Assembly: GCA_963803435.1 (NCBI GenBank)
Contig: CAWDML010000008.1
Location: 576,001-640,000, forward strand
DNA length: 64,000 bases
Source: an uncultured delta proteobacterium
Lineage (GTDB): Bacteria; Myxococcota; Kuafuiibacteriia; Kuafuiibacteriales; Kuafuiibacteriaceae
Direction: 5' to 3'
Notes under the pieces: model-generated
What the model was told of the DNA's origin: nothing
Databases searched by the model: none
The model's input: only the letters and a program-made list of their open reading frames with translations
In this document: one piece after another, positions 27,607-37,693 of the stretch
How positions within the stretch are numbered: position 1 is the first letter of the stretch
How the letters are laid out: each line of letters begins with the position of its first letter
Made by a program: the position numbers and the translations under genes

Positions 27607-28955
27607 TCAGGTCCCCGTCGAGGTCGCCACCGGCAGGTCGGGTGACACGGTGAGCTCGTCGGGGATCGGATCGCCGTTCAACGCGCGCAGGAACTCCACC
27701 AGGTCGTTGATCTCCGCGTCGGACAGACCGAGCGGTGCGATCCGCGCATCGCGGTGGCCGACGAACCCGTCCGTTCCGGCCGCGGTGTTGTAGAACACCA
27801 CTACGTCCCACAGCGTCGGGATCGCGCCGGTGTGCATGTAGGGCGCGGTTTTGGCGACGCTGCGGAGCGAGGGCGTCTTGAAGGCGCCGCAGGTCGGATA
27901 GTCGCCGCAATCTCCGGGGAGCAGCTCGGACGGGATCGCCTGCAGGCTCTCGAAGTCCTGGGAGAGGAACTCCTTGTCGTCCGAGAAGTCGCCGACGCCG
28001 GTCAGCGGATCGGTGAGGACGCTGTTGATCCCCATGGCGCGCCCCGGGTCGACGCGCATCACGTAGTCACCGACCTGGGGCACTCCGATGTTGTGGAATT
28101 TTCGATCGCTGAAGGTGGGACCGTTGTGGCACTCGTCGCAGCCGGCGCGTCCGACGAACAGCCGCATGCCTTCGATGGCCTCGGGCGACATCGCCTCCAG
28201 GTCACCCATCATGAAGCGATCGAACGGCGCGTTCCAATCGTTGACGGTCCGCAGGTACGCCTCCACGGCCTTGCCGAAGTACGACAGGATCTCGAGCACC
28301 TGGGCCTTGTCCTCCGGCTGCATGTCGTCCCAGGCCGGCTGGCCGGGCTTGCCGTCGGGCGGGAAGCGGCTGAGGTCGGAGACGTCGGGCATCGCCACGC
28401 CGAAGACCGTCTCGTACTCGGCCCGGTAGAGCTCCTGCATCCGGTGCGCAGTCTTGAGGCGGGTCGACCCGAGCGCCCCCTCGATCGGCGCCGTCGATCC
28501 CCCCAGATCGTGTGCTTGCGACCGTCCAGGTGATTGAAGGTCAACCAGGCCATGTTGTACATCGTGGGAGAGTTTCGCGGCGTGAACTTGACGCCCAGGC
28601 TGGTGGCGTTGGGTCGCGACCGCGTGTCGGCGGCGCCGTTCTTCATGTCGTGGCACGATCGGCACGAAACCTTGTCGACCTCGCCCACCGCGCCTAGGCC
28701 TCCGCTCCCAGGATCCGCGGAGACCACCAGCGGTCCGGCGAACCGAGGATCGAAGAACAACTTCTGACCGAGCGCGGCGGCGGCCGGATCCTCCGCGAAC
28801 CGATTCGTGGGATCCGGTGGCCGGAGCGTGTCCGGCGTGAGCACGAACTCGAGGAGGTGCGACCTCTCTTCGGCGGTCAGATAGGCGGTCTTGTCGCAAC
28901 CTCCGGTCGGTACGAGCGCCAACGCACAGGTCAGGAACAATCGTGGGTGATTCAA
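27607..28955 (-). CDS. Di-heme cytochrome c peroxidase / MauG-family lipoprotein (frameshift at ~28500)
   Basis: LGQKLFFDPRF, SCRSCH and RNSPT in one frame; CDECH, FHNIG, FKTPSLR and PYMHTG in another. One extra G in the G6 run (28499-28504) joins them. Confidence 0.85.
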
Positions 28956-29181
28956 GAGTGCTCCCTGTCGCGATCGGGAGAGTGCTGGAAGTCGATCGTG
29001 ACGAGCGGAATCCTAGCGCACGACCGGCAGTGCGATTCCAGGGGCGCGCGTGTCCGCATTTCTGTCGTACAACGCCCGACTGTCCTATCGGACAGTGAGT
29101 GGTTGGGGGATGGATGTGGTTGATCGAGATCCTGCTCAGGTTTGTACGTCGTTCGAAGCTCTGGTATCGCTCTCTCTTCAG

Positions 29182-30090
29182 ATGTGCACGGTAGCGATGG
29201 TCTTGGCGATCCCACTCCTCGCCAGCGCGGCCTCGGGCGCTGACTCCGCAGACGAGGTTCAGGCGCTGAAGCGCGAGGTGGAGGCGCTTCGCAACGAGGT
29301 GGGGGCGCTGAGGTTCGCCGTCTTCGAGATGGGACGACTGAGTCGCCAGCAGGCGGACCTCGTCGACCAGGCGCTCCGATCCGCGGGGGGAGCGACCGAC
29401 GCCAAGGCGCCCGCCAACACGCCGCCGGACCCGCCCAGGAGACGCGGTCGCGACAAGCGAAACGCGCCTCCGACGGCCCCGTCGCTCAAGGAGCACGTCG
29501 ACCGGCCTCCTCCGAGCAGCGGGGGCACGATCATGGGAAAGGTCAGCGTTCCGTCGGGCGAGCCGGTCGCGTACGTCTACGTCGAGGACGTGCCCGCGGC
29601 GCTCGTGAGAGGAAAGAAGGTCGAGATCGATCAGGTGAACAAGACCTTCGCGCCGTCGTGGGCGGTCGTGGAGAAGGGCACCGAGGTCATCTTCACGAAC
29701 AGCGACAACATCTATCACAACGTCTTCTCGCGGAGCCGCGGCAACTCGTTCAATCTGGGGATGTATCGCAAGGGAGACGAGCCCAAGTCGCAGCGCTTCA
29801 TCAAGCCGGGGCCGGTCGACGTCTTCTGCAACATCCATCCGCGCATGGCGGTGAGCATCCTGGTGGTGCCGAACCGCTACTTCTCCAAGGTGCAATCCGA
29901 CGGCTCCTTCAGCATTCCCAACGTCCCGCCCGGACGACACAAGGTCGTCGCGTGGGCGCCGAGCTCGGCGATCGTGTCCGACGCCGTCCAGGTCTCCGGG
30001 GGCGAATCGGCGAGCGTCGAGCTCAAGCTCGTGAGCAAGAGCGGCGGCCACAGCAACAAGTTCGGACGGCCCTACGGTTCCTACCCGTGA
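29182..30090 (+). CDS. Exported cupredoxin-like / carboxypeptidase-regulatory-like domain protein
   Basis: FTNSDNIYHNVFS...FCNIHPRM type-1-copper-like H/C/H/M pattern, followed by DGSFSIPNVPPG. Confidence 0.8.
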   Translation: MCTVAMVLAIPLLASAASGADSADEVQALKREVEALRNEVGALRFAVFEMGRLSRQQADLVDQALRSAGGATDAKAPANTPPDPPRRRGRDKRNAPPTAPSLKEHVDRPPPSSGGTIMGKVSVPSGEPVAYVYVEDVPAALVRGKKVEIDQVNKTFAPSWAVVEKGTEVIFTNSDNIYHNVFSRSRGNSFNLGMYRKGDEPKSQRFIKPGPVDVFCNIHPRMAVSILVVPNRYFSKVQSDGSFSIPNVPPGRHKVVAWAPSSAIVSDAVQVSGGESASVELKLVSKSGGHSNKFGRPYGSYP

Positions 30091-30743
30091 AGAGAGCCCT
30101 CCTGTTGATCACCATCGCCGCGTGCTCCGCGCCGAGAAGCGCGCGCACGATCGAGCCGACAATCGAGCCCTCCGTGCCGAGGGGAATGAACGGTGACACG
30201 GACTTCATCCTGTCTCGCGAACCCAAGGTCAACACCGCGACGGTGCGCGCAGACTTCCCCATCCATCTCGAAGACAAGTGGTGGCCGTTCCGCTCGGAGT
30301 ATCTCGGCGTCTCGATCGCGGACGCCCGGGCGCGCGACGCCAGGATCTCGAGCTGGCCTCCCGAGAACTTCTGGGACGAGCAGACGGCGATCGAGGCCGT
30401 CTCGATCTGGTCCGCGCTCTGCAACGAGTGCCACGGCGGTCGCCGCAAGCTGAAGGACGCGCTCGACATGCCTCCCCCGCCCCCCGGCTGGGGCGTGGGC
30501 GACGGGCTGTTCTTCGGCCGCTCCCGACCGTACGCGGAGATCTTCAAGATCGTCTTCAACGGTGGACCGGAGCGGGACGGCAAGCCGTCGGAGATGCCGA
30601 ACTGGGGCGTGCGCATCTCGCGGGAACAGATCTGGTCCTTGATCTACTTCATCTGGTTCCAGTCGGGCGGCGTGACCGGCAATTTCCCTCCGAGCCTCCA
30701 TCCGCGCGTTCCTGACGTGATCGCCCCCGAGAAGACACATTAG
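30087..30743 (+). CDS. Monoheme cytochrome c lipoprotein
   Basis: GTGA overlap, IAAC lipobox, CNECH and MPNWG (distal Met). Confidence 0.8.
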   Translation: MKRALLLITIAACSAPRSARTIEPTIEPSVPRGMNGDTDFILSREPKVNTATVRADFPIHLEDKWWPFRSEYLGVSIADARARDARISSWPPENFWDEQTAIEAVSIWSALCNECHGGRRKLKDALDMPPPPPGWGVGDGLFFGRSRPYAEIFKIVFNGGPERDGKPSEMPNWGVRISREQIWSLIYFIWFQSGGVTGNFPPSLHPRVPDVIAPEKTH

Positions 30744-30790
30744 AGACACGGAGAGGGGTCGGCGCTAACCTGCGTGCCCGGCAGCGCCGG

Positions 30791-33631
30791 ATGACCCCGC
30801 TCGGAAGAAGACTCTACAAGCTCAGCTTTCTCTCGGGCTTGTTCCTGACCGCCCCTCTGCTCGTCGGAACGCTCTGGTATGCCTGGTCCGCCTACGCGAA
30901 CCTCGACCGCTACCGGCGCGCCTTCGACGCGGCACATCCGCAGGCGATCGATCCGGAGCTCTTCCAGATCGCGCTCCACGATCAGCTGATGTCGGACGTG
31001 CGGCGGCTCCGCCAGCCGGAGCGACCCGCCCACGGACAGCTCCCGACGTTCTCCCTCTCCCTGTCCCGCGACAGCCTCGACGAGCTCTCGAAGGCCTCGC
31101 ACTACGGGAAGGGGCTCCTCGAGAAGGACGGGCGTGTGCACGAGGTCAGCGTCCGCTATCGCGGCGACCAGCCCTGGCACGTGGTCGGAGAGCAGAAGTC
31201 GCTCAAGATCCGTCTCTCTCGCGGCGATCTGGTCGACGGCGTGCGCATCTTCAACCTGCTGAACGATCCGACGCCCTTCGGTCTCGAGGATCAGATCATC
31301 CTCGATCTCGCCCGCGAACAGGGGCTCCTCACCCCCGAATATCACCCGGTGCGCCTTCGCGTGAACAACCACGACATGGGCGTCTATCGCTTCGAGGCTC
31401 AGCCGGACGAGACGCTGCTGCGCCGGGGCCGCCGAACCCCCGGCAACATGTATTCGGGGGACACCGACGAACGCGGGACTTCGCTGTTCGCGAGCACCGA
31501 GGGCTGGCAGAAGATCGCCTCGCGAACGGTCGCCGAGAAGGACGAGCACCCCGAGCTCGATCGGCTGATCGGCGCCGTGAATGACGCCTCCCATCGCGCG
31601 TTCGCCGAGTATGCCCGGGACGAGCTCGACCTCGATCGTTACGCGACCTTCGATGCGCTCGACGTCATCTTCTGCGGCAGCGAGCACGACTACTTCTCCA
31701 ACCACAAGCTCTACGCGGATCCGTATCGGGGGCGGCTCGAGCCCGTCGCCTGGAGCTTCCGCGGCTTCCAGCACGAAGACACCTTCAACGTCATCGACCA
31801 CCCGCTTCTGATCCGGCTCAAGATGACGCCCGGATATCTCGCCCTCCGCGACCGGGCCGTGTACCGCCTGCTCACCGGAAGGGCCTCGGTGCCCGCGATC
31901 CGGGAGCGCGTCGACCGTGCGGTGGGCCCGCTCGCCCCCGAGCTCGCCGCCGATCCCTACTGGGACGCGTACAAGCAGCTGCCCCGGGTCTCGCGCTTTC
32001 ATCGGTTCTACGTCCGGCCGATGACGCTCGATCGGTGGTGGCTGAGCGCTCGCTACGAGCTCGACGTGTTCGCCGTCCGGAGCCGCTATCTCCTCGACGC
32101 GCTGGAGCAGCCGGGGCTCGAGGTCCGGCGGATGGACCTGGGTAAGACCGCGCACGGCGATCGGGTGGCGCGGATCGATCTCACGGTGAGCGGCCATGCC
32201 GCATACGTGGTGAGGGGCGTGCGAACCGCGGCGGAGTGCCATGGTCAGCTCACGATCCACGCGGACGCCGATCTCGACGGTGCCTTCGATCCGACGCACG
32301 ACATCGCGATCGTGAAGACGTCGTTCGGCGAGGGGGCGCGCGTGACCGCCTATCGCGAGCTGGTCCCGCGGGTTCGGCTGGTGCCCCACCCCGATCCCAA
32401 GCCGAAGCGCGGCCGGCTCCGAGTGGAGACCGAGCCGACGACCTTCACTTACTTCGCCGTCGCCTCGGAATGCAATCCGTCGGACGCCTCGCTCCTGCTC
32501 GAGAGCTCGGTGGTGGGGTCCGACATGAAGATCGACATGAGCGCCGTCCCGCTCGAGCCGGGTCCGCCGGCGCGAACGTCCTCGGTCTCGGCGGAGCGCG
32601 TTCCTCGGCTCGTGCTGGGCGAGCGCTCGCCCCATCCCTGGTCGTTCCCACAGCCGCCGGCGCCGCGGCGGGTGGTGCTGGGGCCGGGCGTGGTGCCGAT
32701 CGCGACCACCCGCATCTTCGGCGAGCGCGACACGGTCGAGATCGCGCCGGGGACGACGCTGGCGCTCGGGAGTGGTGCCTCGCTGGTCTTTCGCGGGCGC
32801 GTCACCGCGCGGGGCACCCCAGGGCGGCCGATCCGCCTGACGCGCCTCGACCCGGAGCGCCCGTTCGGCGGTATCGCCCTCCAGGGCCCGCGCACCTCCG
32901 GGTCGCGGCTCTCGGAGGTGCACGTCGACGGAGGCTCGCGCGTGCGCGAGGGGAAGATCGACTACACGGCGGTGGTCAACGTGCACGATACCTCGAACGT
33001 CACGCTGGAGGATTGGACCATCACCGGCGATGTCGACTCGGCCGATGTCATCCACGCCAACACCGTGCGCGGCCTCTCCCTCGACGAGATCTCGGTGCGC
33101 GATGCGCCCGTCGACGCGGTCGATCTGGAGTTCGTGACCGGCTCGATCCGAAACCTCTTCATCGCGGGCGCTGGCGACGACTGTCTCGATCTGATGGGCA
33201 CGACGCTCCAGCTGCAAGATGCGCTGATCATCGGTTGCGTGCACAACGGGATCTCGGCCGGCGAGGAGAGCGAGGTCACCGCCAACCGGATCGTGATCGC
33301 CCGCGCCAAGACCGGTGTGCTGTCGAAGAACGCCTCGGAGGTCCGGCTGCTCCGGAGCCTGCTGTACCAGGATCAGCGCGGCCTGAGGGCCCGCCGCAAG
33401 CAGATCCGGTACGGGGGTCCGAGCCGGATCGGTCTCAGCGAGGTCTTCGTCGTCGGCTCGGACGTGGTCCAGGACTCCGACAAGGGCAGCACCATCGAGG
33501 TGGAGCAGCTCCGCGTCGAGATGCCGGAGGGCGCGGACCTGCCGCACGTGCTCGACCAGGTGCTCCGGATCCGCGCCTGGTCCGAGCTCGATGCGCGGAT
33601 GACGTCGCTCGCCCCCGGGAGCGCCCGATGA
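30791..33631 (+). CDS. CotH kinase family protein with C-terminal right-handed beta-helix
   Basis: N-terminal TM, VRYRG...KSLKI, VNNHDMGVY, NHKLYADPYRGRLEPVAW. C-terminal DAVDLE/DDCLDL/GISAGE beta-helix repeats. Confidence 0.85.
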   Translation: MTPLGRRLYKLSFLSGLFLTAPLLVGTLWYAWSAYANLDRYRRAFDAAHPQAIDPELFQIALHDQLMSDVRRLRQPERPAHGQLPTFSLSLSRDSLDELSKASHYGKGLLEKDGRVHEVSVRYRGDQPWHVVGEQKSLKIRLSRGDLVDGVRIFNLLNDPTPFGLEDQIILDLAREQGLLTPEYHPVRLRVNNHDMGVYRFEAQPDETLLRRGRRTPGNMYSGDTDERGTSLFASTEGWQKIASRTVAEKDEHPELDRLIGAVNDASHRAFAEYARDELDLDRYATFDALDVIFCGSEHDYFSNHKLYADPYRGRLEPVAWSFRGFQHEDTFNVIDHPLLIRLKMTPGYLALRDRAVYRLLTGRASVPAIRERVDRAVGPLAPELAADPYWDAYKQLPRVSRFHRFYVRPMTLDRWWLSARYELDVFAVRSRYLLDALEQPGLEVRRMDLGKTAHGDRVARIDLTVSGHAAYVVRGVRTAAECHGQLTIHADADLDGAFDPTHDIAIVKTSFGEGARVTAYRELVPRVRLVPHPDPKPKRGRLRVETEPTTFTYFAVASECNPSDASLLLESSVVGSDMKIDMSAVPLEPGPPARTSSVSAERVPRLVLGERSPHPWSFPQPPAPRRVVLGPGVVPIATTRIFGERDTVEIAPGTTLALGSGASLVFRGRVTARGTPGRPIRLTRLDPERPFGGIALQGPRTSGSRLSEVHVDGGSRVREGKIDYTAVVNVHDTSNVTLEDWTITGDVDSADVIHANTVRGLSLDEISVRDAPVDAVDLEFVTGSIRNLFIAGAGDDCLDLMGTTLQLQDALIIGCVHNGISAGEESEVTANRIVIARAKTGVLSKNASEVRLLRSLLYQDQRGLRARRKQIRYGGPSRIGLSEVFVVGSDVVQDSDKGSTIEVEQLRVEMPEGADLPHVLDQVLRIRAWSELDARMTSLAPGSAR

Positions 33632-34152
33632 AGGTGCCCTATGCCGTCCGGCCCGGCGCCGGCTTCTTGCTGCTGGCACTCGTCACGCTCCTGGCGCTCC
33701 TGTTCTTCGCGTGGGGACTCTCGACCCCGCGCCTCGACCGCGTCTGGCGGCTGTCGCTCGAGCTGCGATTGGGGCGGAAGAAGCCGCTCTCCCATGGCGA
33801 CTTCTCGTCGCTGCAGAGATCGCTGTGCGAGCACCCGGAGCTCGCAGAGGACTTCCTCGAGGGCAGGGCGATGCGACTGATCAGCGCACACCGCGACGGG
33901 CTGGTCGGCGGCACGTACGCGTACCTGGTGCGGCGAGCCGGCAGCCCAGCGCTGGGTGTCGAGATCTCGGTGCCGGAGAGCGGCAAGAAGAGGGAGATCG
34001 CGCTTCGAGCGCGCACCGCCGGCGAACACGCGGACGGCCGCGCGGCCCCCGGAGAGCCCTTCACCTTTACGCCGCCCGGCCAGGGCAAGTGCGCGACGCT
34101 GATCGAGATCATCAAATCGAAGGGCCTCGTCCTGGTGGGGGAGGCAAGGTGA
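33628..34152 (+). CDS. Membrane-anchored hypothetical protein in the CotH/VTC operon
   Basis: ATGA overlap with the CotH gene and an N-terminal TM. Confidence 0.7.
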   Translation: MKVPYAVRPGAGFLLLALVTLLALLFFAWGLSTPRLDRVWRLSLELRLGRKKPLSHGDFSSLQRSLCEHPELAEDFLEGRAMRLISAHRDGLVGGTYAYLVRRAGSPALGVEISVPESGKKREIALRARTAGEHADGRAAPGEPFTFTPPGQGKCATLIEIIKSKGLVLVGEAR

Positions 34153-34907
34153 TCCGCCGGTTCAACCGCTACGAGCTCAAGTACGTGGTCGACGCTGCGG
34201 TCCGCGATCGCCTCTTGCCCCAGCTGTCGCTGCACATGAGCCCCGACCGTGAAGGCTCCGAGGATGGGACCTATCGGGTGAACAGCCTCTACCACGATAC
34301 GTTCGATCTCCGTTGCTATCGCGCCAAGCTCGACGGTCTCAACTATCGCCGCAAGCTTCGGATCCGCCGCTACGGCTCGATGGAGGCGGGCCTCGAGCCG
34401 GTCGTGATGGTCGAGATCAAGCAGCGGATCAACCGCACCACTCAGAAGCGTCGGATCGCGATGCCGCTCGAGGATGCCTATGCGCTCTGCGATGGCCGGC
34501 TGGATCCCTCGTTCTCGGATCCGCTGGACCAGAGCGTCGCCGAGGAGGTCTCCTATCTCGTCGGCTCGCTCCAGCTCGGCCCCAAGTGCGTGATCTCGTA
34601 CCGCCGGCGGGCGCTCGTCGGCAGCCGCTACGAGCCCGGGCTCCGCGTGACCTTCGACGAGGATCTCCAGGTCAGCGACGCCAGCCGCGGTGTCGAGGAG
34701 GGTGCGGAGCGCTACCGGTTTCTCCCGGCCGACAAGACGATCCTCGAGGTGAAGACCAACGACGTGGTACCCATCTGGCTGAGCCGCCTCCTCGCGGCGC
34801 ACGCCTGTACGCTGTCTCGCTACAGCAAGTACTGCGCGGGCATCGCGCATCTCCGCGGGCCGGTGCGGCACGCACGCGCCGAGAAAGACAATCGATGGAC
34901 GAGCTGA
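34149..34907 (+). CDS. VTC-domain polyphosphate polymerase (CYTH-like)
   Basis: NRYELKY, SLYHDT, RRKLRIRRY, EIKQR, KRR, YRRRA, RVTFD, ILEVK and YSKY. Confidence 0.93.
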   Translation: MIRRFNRYELKYVVDAAVRDRLLPQLSLHMSPDREGSEDGTYRVNSLYHDTFDLRCYRAKLDGLNYRRKLRIRRYGSMEAGLEPVVMVEIKQRINRTTQKRRIAMPLEDAYALCDGRLDPSFSDPLDQSVAEEVSYLVGSLQLGPKCVISYRRRALVGSRYEPGLRVTFDEDLQVSDASRGVEEGAERYRFLPADKTILEVKTNDVVPIWLSRLLAAHACTLSRYSKYCAGIAHLRGPVRHARAEKDNRWTS

Positions 34908-35587
34908 TCAAAGAGATGGAGCGCTTCAAGGACGTCACGAGCGCTTTCACGCTCACCGACGTTGCGATCGTGATGCTGCTCAGCTTCCTGCTGTCGCTGC
35001 TCTTCGCCGAGGTCTACCGCTTTACCCACAAGGGGACGTCGTACTCCCAGTCGTTCGCGCAGACGCTCGTGCTGATGGGCATGGTGACGGCGCTGATCAT
35101 GCTGATCATCGGCTCGAACATCGCCCGCGCCTTCTCTCTGGTCGGCGCTCTGTCCGTGATCCGGTTTCGCAACGCCGTCAAGGAGACCCGCGACGTGGGG
35201 TTCATGTTTCTGAGCATGGCGATCGGAATGGCCTGCGGCACCCGCTTCTACATGCTCGCCATCGTGGCGAGCGCCGTCATGAGCGCCGTGCTGGTCCTGA
35301 TGTTCAAGCTGGATCTCTTCGCGCGCCACGTGATCGAGCGCCTGCTCCGCGTGCGGCTTCCCGCCGGCCTCGACGTCGAGACCACGTTCGAACCCGTCTT
35401 CCGCGAGCATCTGCTCGACAGCCGTCTGATCGCCCTCGAGACCATCCCCGGCGACCTCCAGGAGGCGGTGTTCACGGTGGTGCTGAAGGCCCGCGTCACC
35501 CCGCAGAAGCTCCTCGAGGCCATGCGCTCGGTGAACGGAAACAACAAGGCGGTGCTGGTGGTCGGCCAGCAGGAGGTTGATCTCTAG
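34895..35587 (+). CDS. DUF4956 membrane protein
   Basis: IGSNIARAFSLVGALSVIRFRNAVKETRD signature. Confidence 0.93.
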   Translation: MDELIKEMERFKDVTSAFTLTDVAIVMLLSFLLSLLFAEVYRFTHKGTSYSQSFAQTLVLMGMVTALIMLIIGSNIARAFSLVGALSVIRFRNAVKETRDVGFMFLSMAIGMACGTRFYMLAIVASAVMSAVLVLMFKLDLFARHVIERLLRVRLPAGLDVETTFEPVFREHLLDSRLIALETIPGDLQEAVFTVVLKARVTPQKLLEAMRSVNGNNKAVLVVGQQEVDL

Positions 35588-36243
35588 GAGATCGGTCGCT
35601 CCCCAGGTCGCTCGTCGTCGGGCGTCAGGGTCCAGGGCTCCTCCAGGCGAAACGTGATCACGGTCGTCCCGGGGATCCGGACGCGGTCGCCGCGCGTGAT
35701 GACCTGCGTCGCCGCGCCGGCCGCGCCGCCGAGGACGCCGCCGATGATCGCGCCCTTGAGGCCGCCCGCGATTGCGCCGATGGCCGTACCCAGGGCTGCG
35801 CCACCGCCCACGAAGGCGCCGGTACGCTCGTTCGCGCCCAGCCCTTCGCGCCCGGCCTGCGCCTCCGAGTCGCTGTTGATGAAGTAGTGGCGGCCGTACA
35901 CCGAGACGCCGAGGATCCCGAGCGTGAGACGGGAGGTCCCGAAGGTACCGCCTTCCCTGACGCTGGAGACGACCAGATCGGCGGGCGACCCGACCGGCAC
36001 GATCGTCTCTCCCTCCTCGCTCACGATCGCTCGAGCGAAGTGACCTCGATAGATCTGATCCGGATCCGCGGTCTGCGTGTCGATCGCCTCATCGACCGCG
36101 ATGTCGAACTCGGTCCCGGCCGGCACGAGGCTGCGGTCGGTCGTCGATACCGTCACCGGGCTGACGGGAGCTTGCGCCTCCGTCGCAGCACATGCGCTCG
36201 CAAGCGCACCTGCGAGAGGTATCGAGAACAATCTCATCTTCAT
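35584..36243 (-). CDS. Lipoprotein with TrbI/VirB10-like beta region and glycine zipper
   Basis: ASAC lipobox, VPAGT and GGGAALGTAIGAIAGG. GGAGG SD upstream. Confidence 0.8.
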   Translation of the reverse strand: MKMRLFSIPLAGALASACAATEAQAPVSPVTVSTTDRSLVPAGTEFDIAVDEAIDTQTADPDQIYRGHFARAIVSEEGETIVPVGSPADLVVSSVREGGTFGTSRLTLGILGVSVYGRHYFINSDSEAQAGREGLGANERTGAFVGGGAALGTAIGAIAGGLKGAIIGGVLGGAAGAATQVITRGDRVRIPGTTVITFRLEEPWTLTPDDERPGERPIS

Positions 36244-36267
36244 TGATGCACCTCCATTCCGGTCGAG

Positions 36268-36283
36268 TGCAACTTTCCTGCCA
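36268..36283 (-). promoter_or_regulatory. Sigma-54 (-24/-12) promoter
   Basis: Minus strand reads TGGCAGGAAAGTTGCA (GG-N10-GC), just upstream of the SD and ATG of the glycine-zipper gene. Confidence 0.65.
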
Positions 36284-36372
36284 CGTCGCATCAATGCGCT
36301 CGAGGTGATCCTGCGCGACGTGCCTCAGCGAGACCGCGCTGGCTCGGGCCGTGAACAGTCTTGCGGCGCCGC

Positions 36373-37671
36373 ATGCGCAAGCTCATCGCGATGCACTGGA
36401 ACAACCTGCTGGCCGGGCTCTGGTTCCGTCCGACGGCGATCGTCGTGCTGTTCCTCGTGGCCGGCGTCCTCTTGACCTCCCTCGACGCTGCGTTTCCCGA
36501 GGCGATCTCTTCGCTGGCGTACGGGGGCTCCGCCGAGACCGCGACGCAGTTGCTGGCCACGCTTGCCGGCTCGGTGATCGCGATGGCGGCGGTCGTCTTC
36601 TCGTTCACGATCGTGGCCCTGCAGCTGGTCGCCAGCCAGTACACGCCCCGCGCGCTGCGGGAGTTCCTCGCAGATCCGCCGACGCAGACGATGGCCGGAG
36701 CTTTCGTGGGTGTGGTGGCGTTCTGCGTCTGGGTGCTCAGGTGCATTCGAACCGGTCCTTCCGGGGAAACGTTCGTCCCTGGGCTGAGCGTCACGGTCGC
36801 CAACGCTCTGGGTATCGGCTCGCTGCCGCTACTCCTGGCGTTCATGCACCACCTCTCGCAGTCCCTCGAGGTCACGACCATCATGCACAAGCTTCACCGC
36901 CTGACCGCGGCCGGGATCGACCGGCTGCACCAGGCCGACGGAGGAGAGAGCGAGCCCGAGAGCTGGTCGCCCGCCGGGGCTCCGTACCGGGTCCAGTCCC
37001 GCGACACCGGCTTCGTCCAGGAGATCGCGATCGGAGCGCTCGCGGCCGACGACGTGCTCGCCGCGCTCTCGATCGAGATCCTGGTGCGACCCGGGGACTT
37101 CGTCCCGGCGGGTAGGGATCTCTGCACGGTCTGGTCCGACGACGAGCCGTCCGAGGACGTCTTCCGGTCGCTGCGCTCGGCCGTGCTGATCGACGCCACC
37201 CGAGACCTCCATCAAGATCCCGACTTCGGGATCCAGCAGCTCGCCGACATCGCGATCAAGGCGATGTCGCCCGCGATCAACGACCCGACCACCGCGCTCA
37301 CGTCCGTCCGCTACCTGGGGGTGCTGATCGGCGATCTGGCGCGACGACCGCTGCCGCCGGCGCGTACGGTGATCGGAGCGCGGGGCGCGGTCATCTACGC
37401 GCATCAGCGCAGGTTCGAGGAGTACCTGCAGGAGGGCTTCTCGAACGTCGCCCCTTACTGCCGTAACGATGCACGGGTCACCTCGTCGGCGCTCGACGCG
37501 CTGGTCGACGTACTGCGCGCGGCTCAGGACTCCGGCGATCGATCTCGGGAGCGAGAGATCGCGCGGGCGGCCCGAGACCTGCTAGAGAGCGCGCTCGCGG
37601 CGACCGCGACCGAGGCGGGGAGGCGCCTGATCCACGTCCACGCGGCGCGCTTCGAGCGCGCGGTCCATTGA
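36373..37671 (+). CDS. DUF2254 family membrane protein
   Basis: ALQLVASQYTPR and QDPDFGIQQLADIAIKAMSPAINDPTTA. Confidence 0.92.
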   Translation: MRKLIAMHWNNLLAGLWFRPTAIVVLFLVAGVLLTSLDAAFPEAISSLAYGGSAETATQLLATLAGSVIAMAAVVFSFTIVALQLVASQYTPRALREFLADPPTQTMAGAFVGVVAFCVWVLRCIRTGPSGETFVPGLSVTVANALGIGSLPLLLAFMHHLSQSLEVTTIMHKLHRLTAAGIDRLHQADGGESEPESWSPAGAPYRVQSRDTGFVQEIAIGALAADDVLAALSIEILVRPGDFVPAGRDLCTVWSDDEPSEDVFRSLRSAVLIDATRDLHQDPDFGIQQLADIAIKAMSPAINDPTTALTSVRYLGVLIGDLARRPLPPARTVIGARGAVIYAHQRRFEEYLQEGFSNVAPYCRNDARVTSSALDALVDVLRAAQDSGDRSREREIARAARDLLESALAATATEAGRRLIHVHAARFERAVH

Positions 37672-37693
37672 TGCCTCGAGGCATTCGCGGTAT

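Noticed and set aside
28499-28504. Phase variation at the G6 run
   Set aside because: The tract is short and similar indels occur at non-homopolymer sites, so sequencing error is more parsimonious.
27607-28955. Methanobactin or methylamine dehydrogenase cluster
   Set aside because: No MbnA/B/C, MbnP, TonB receptor or MauAB neighbours are recognisable.
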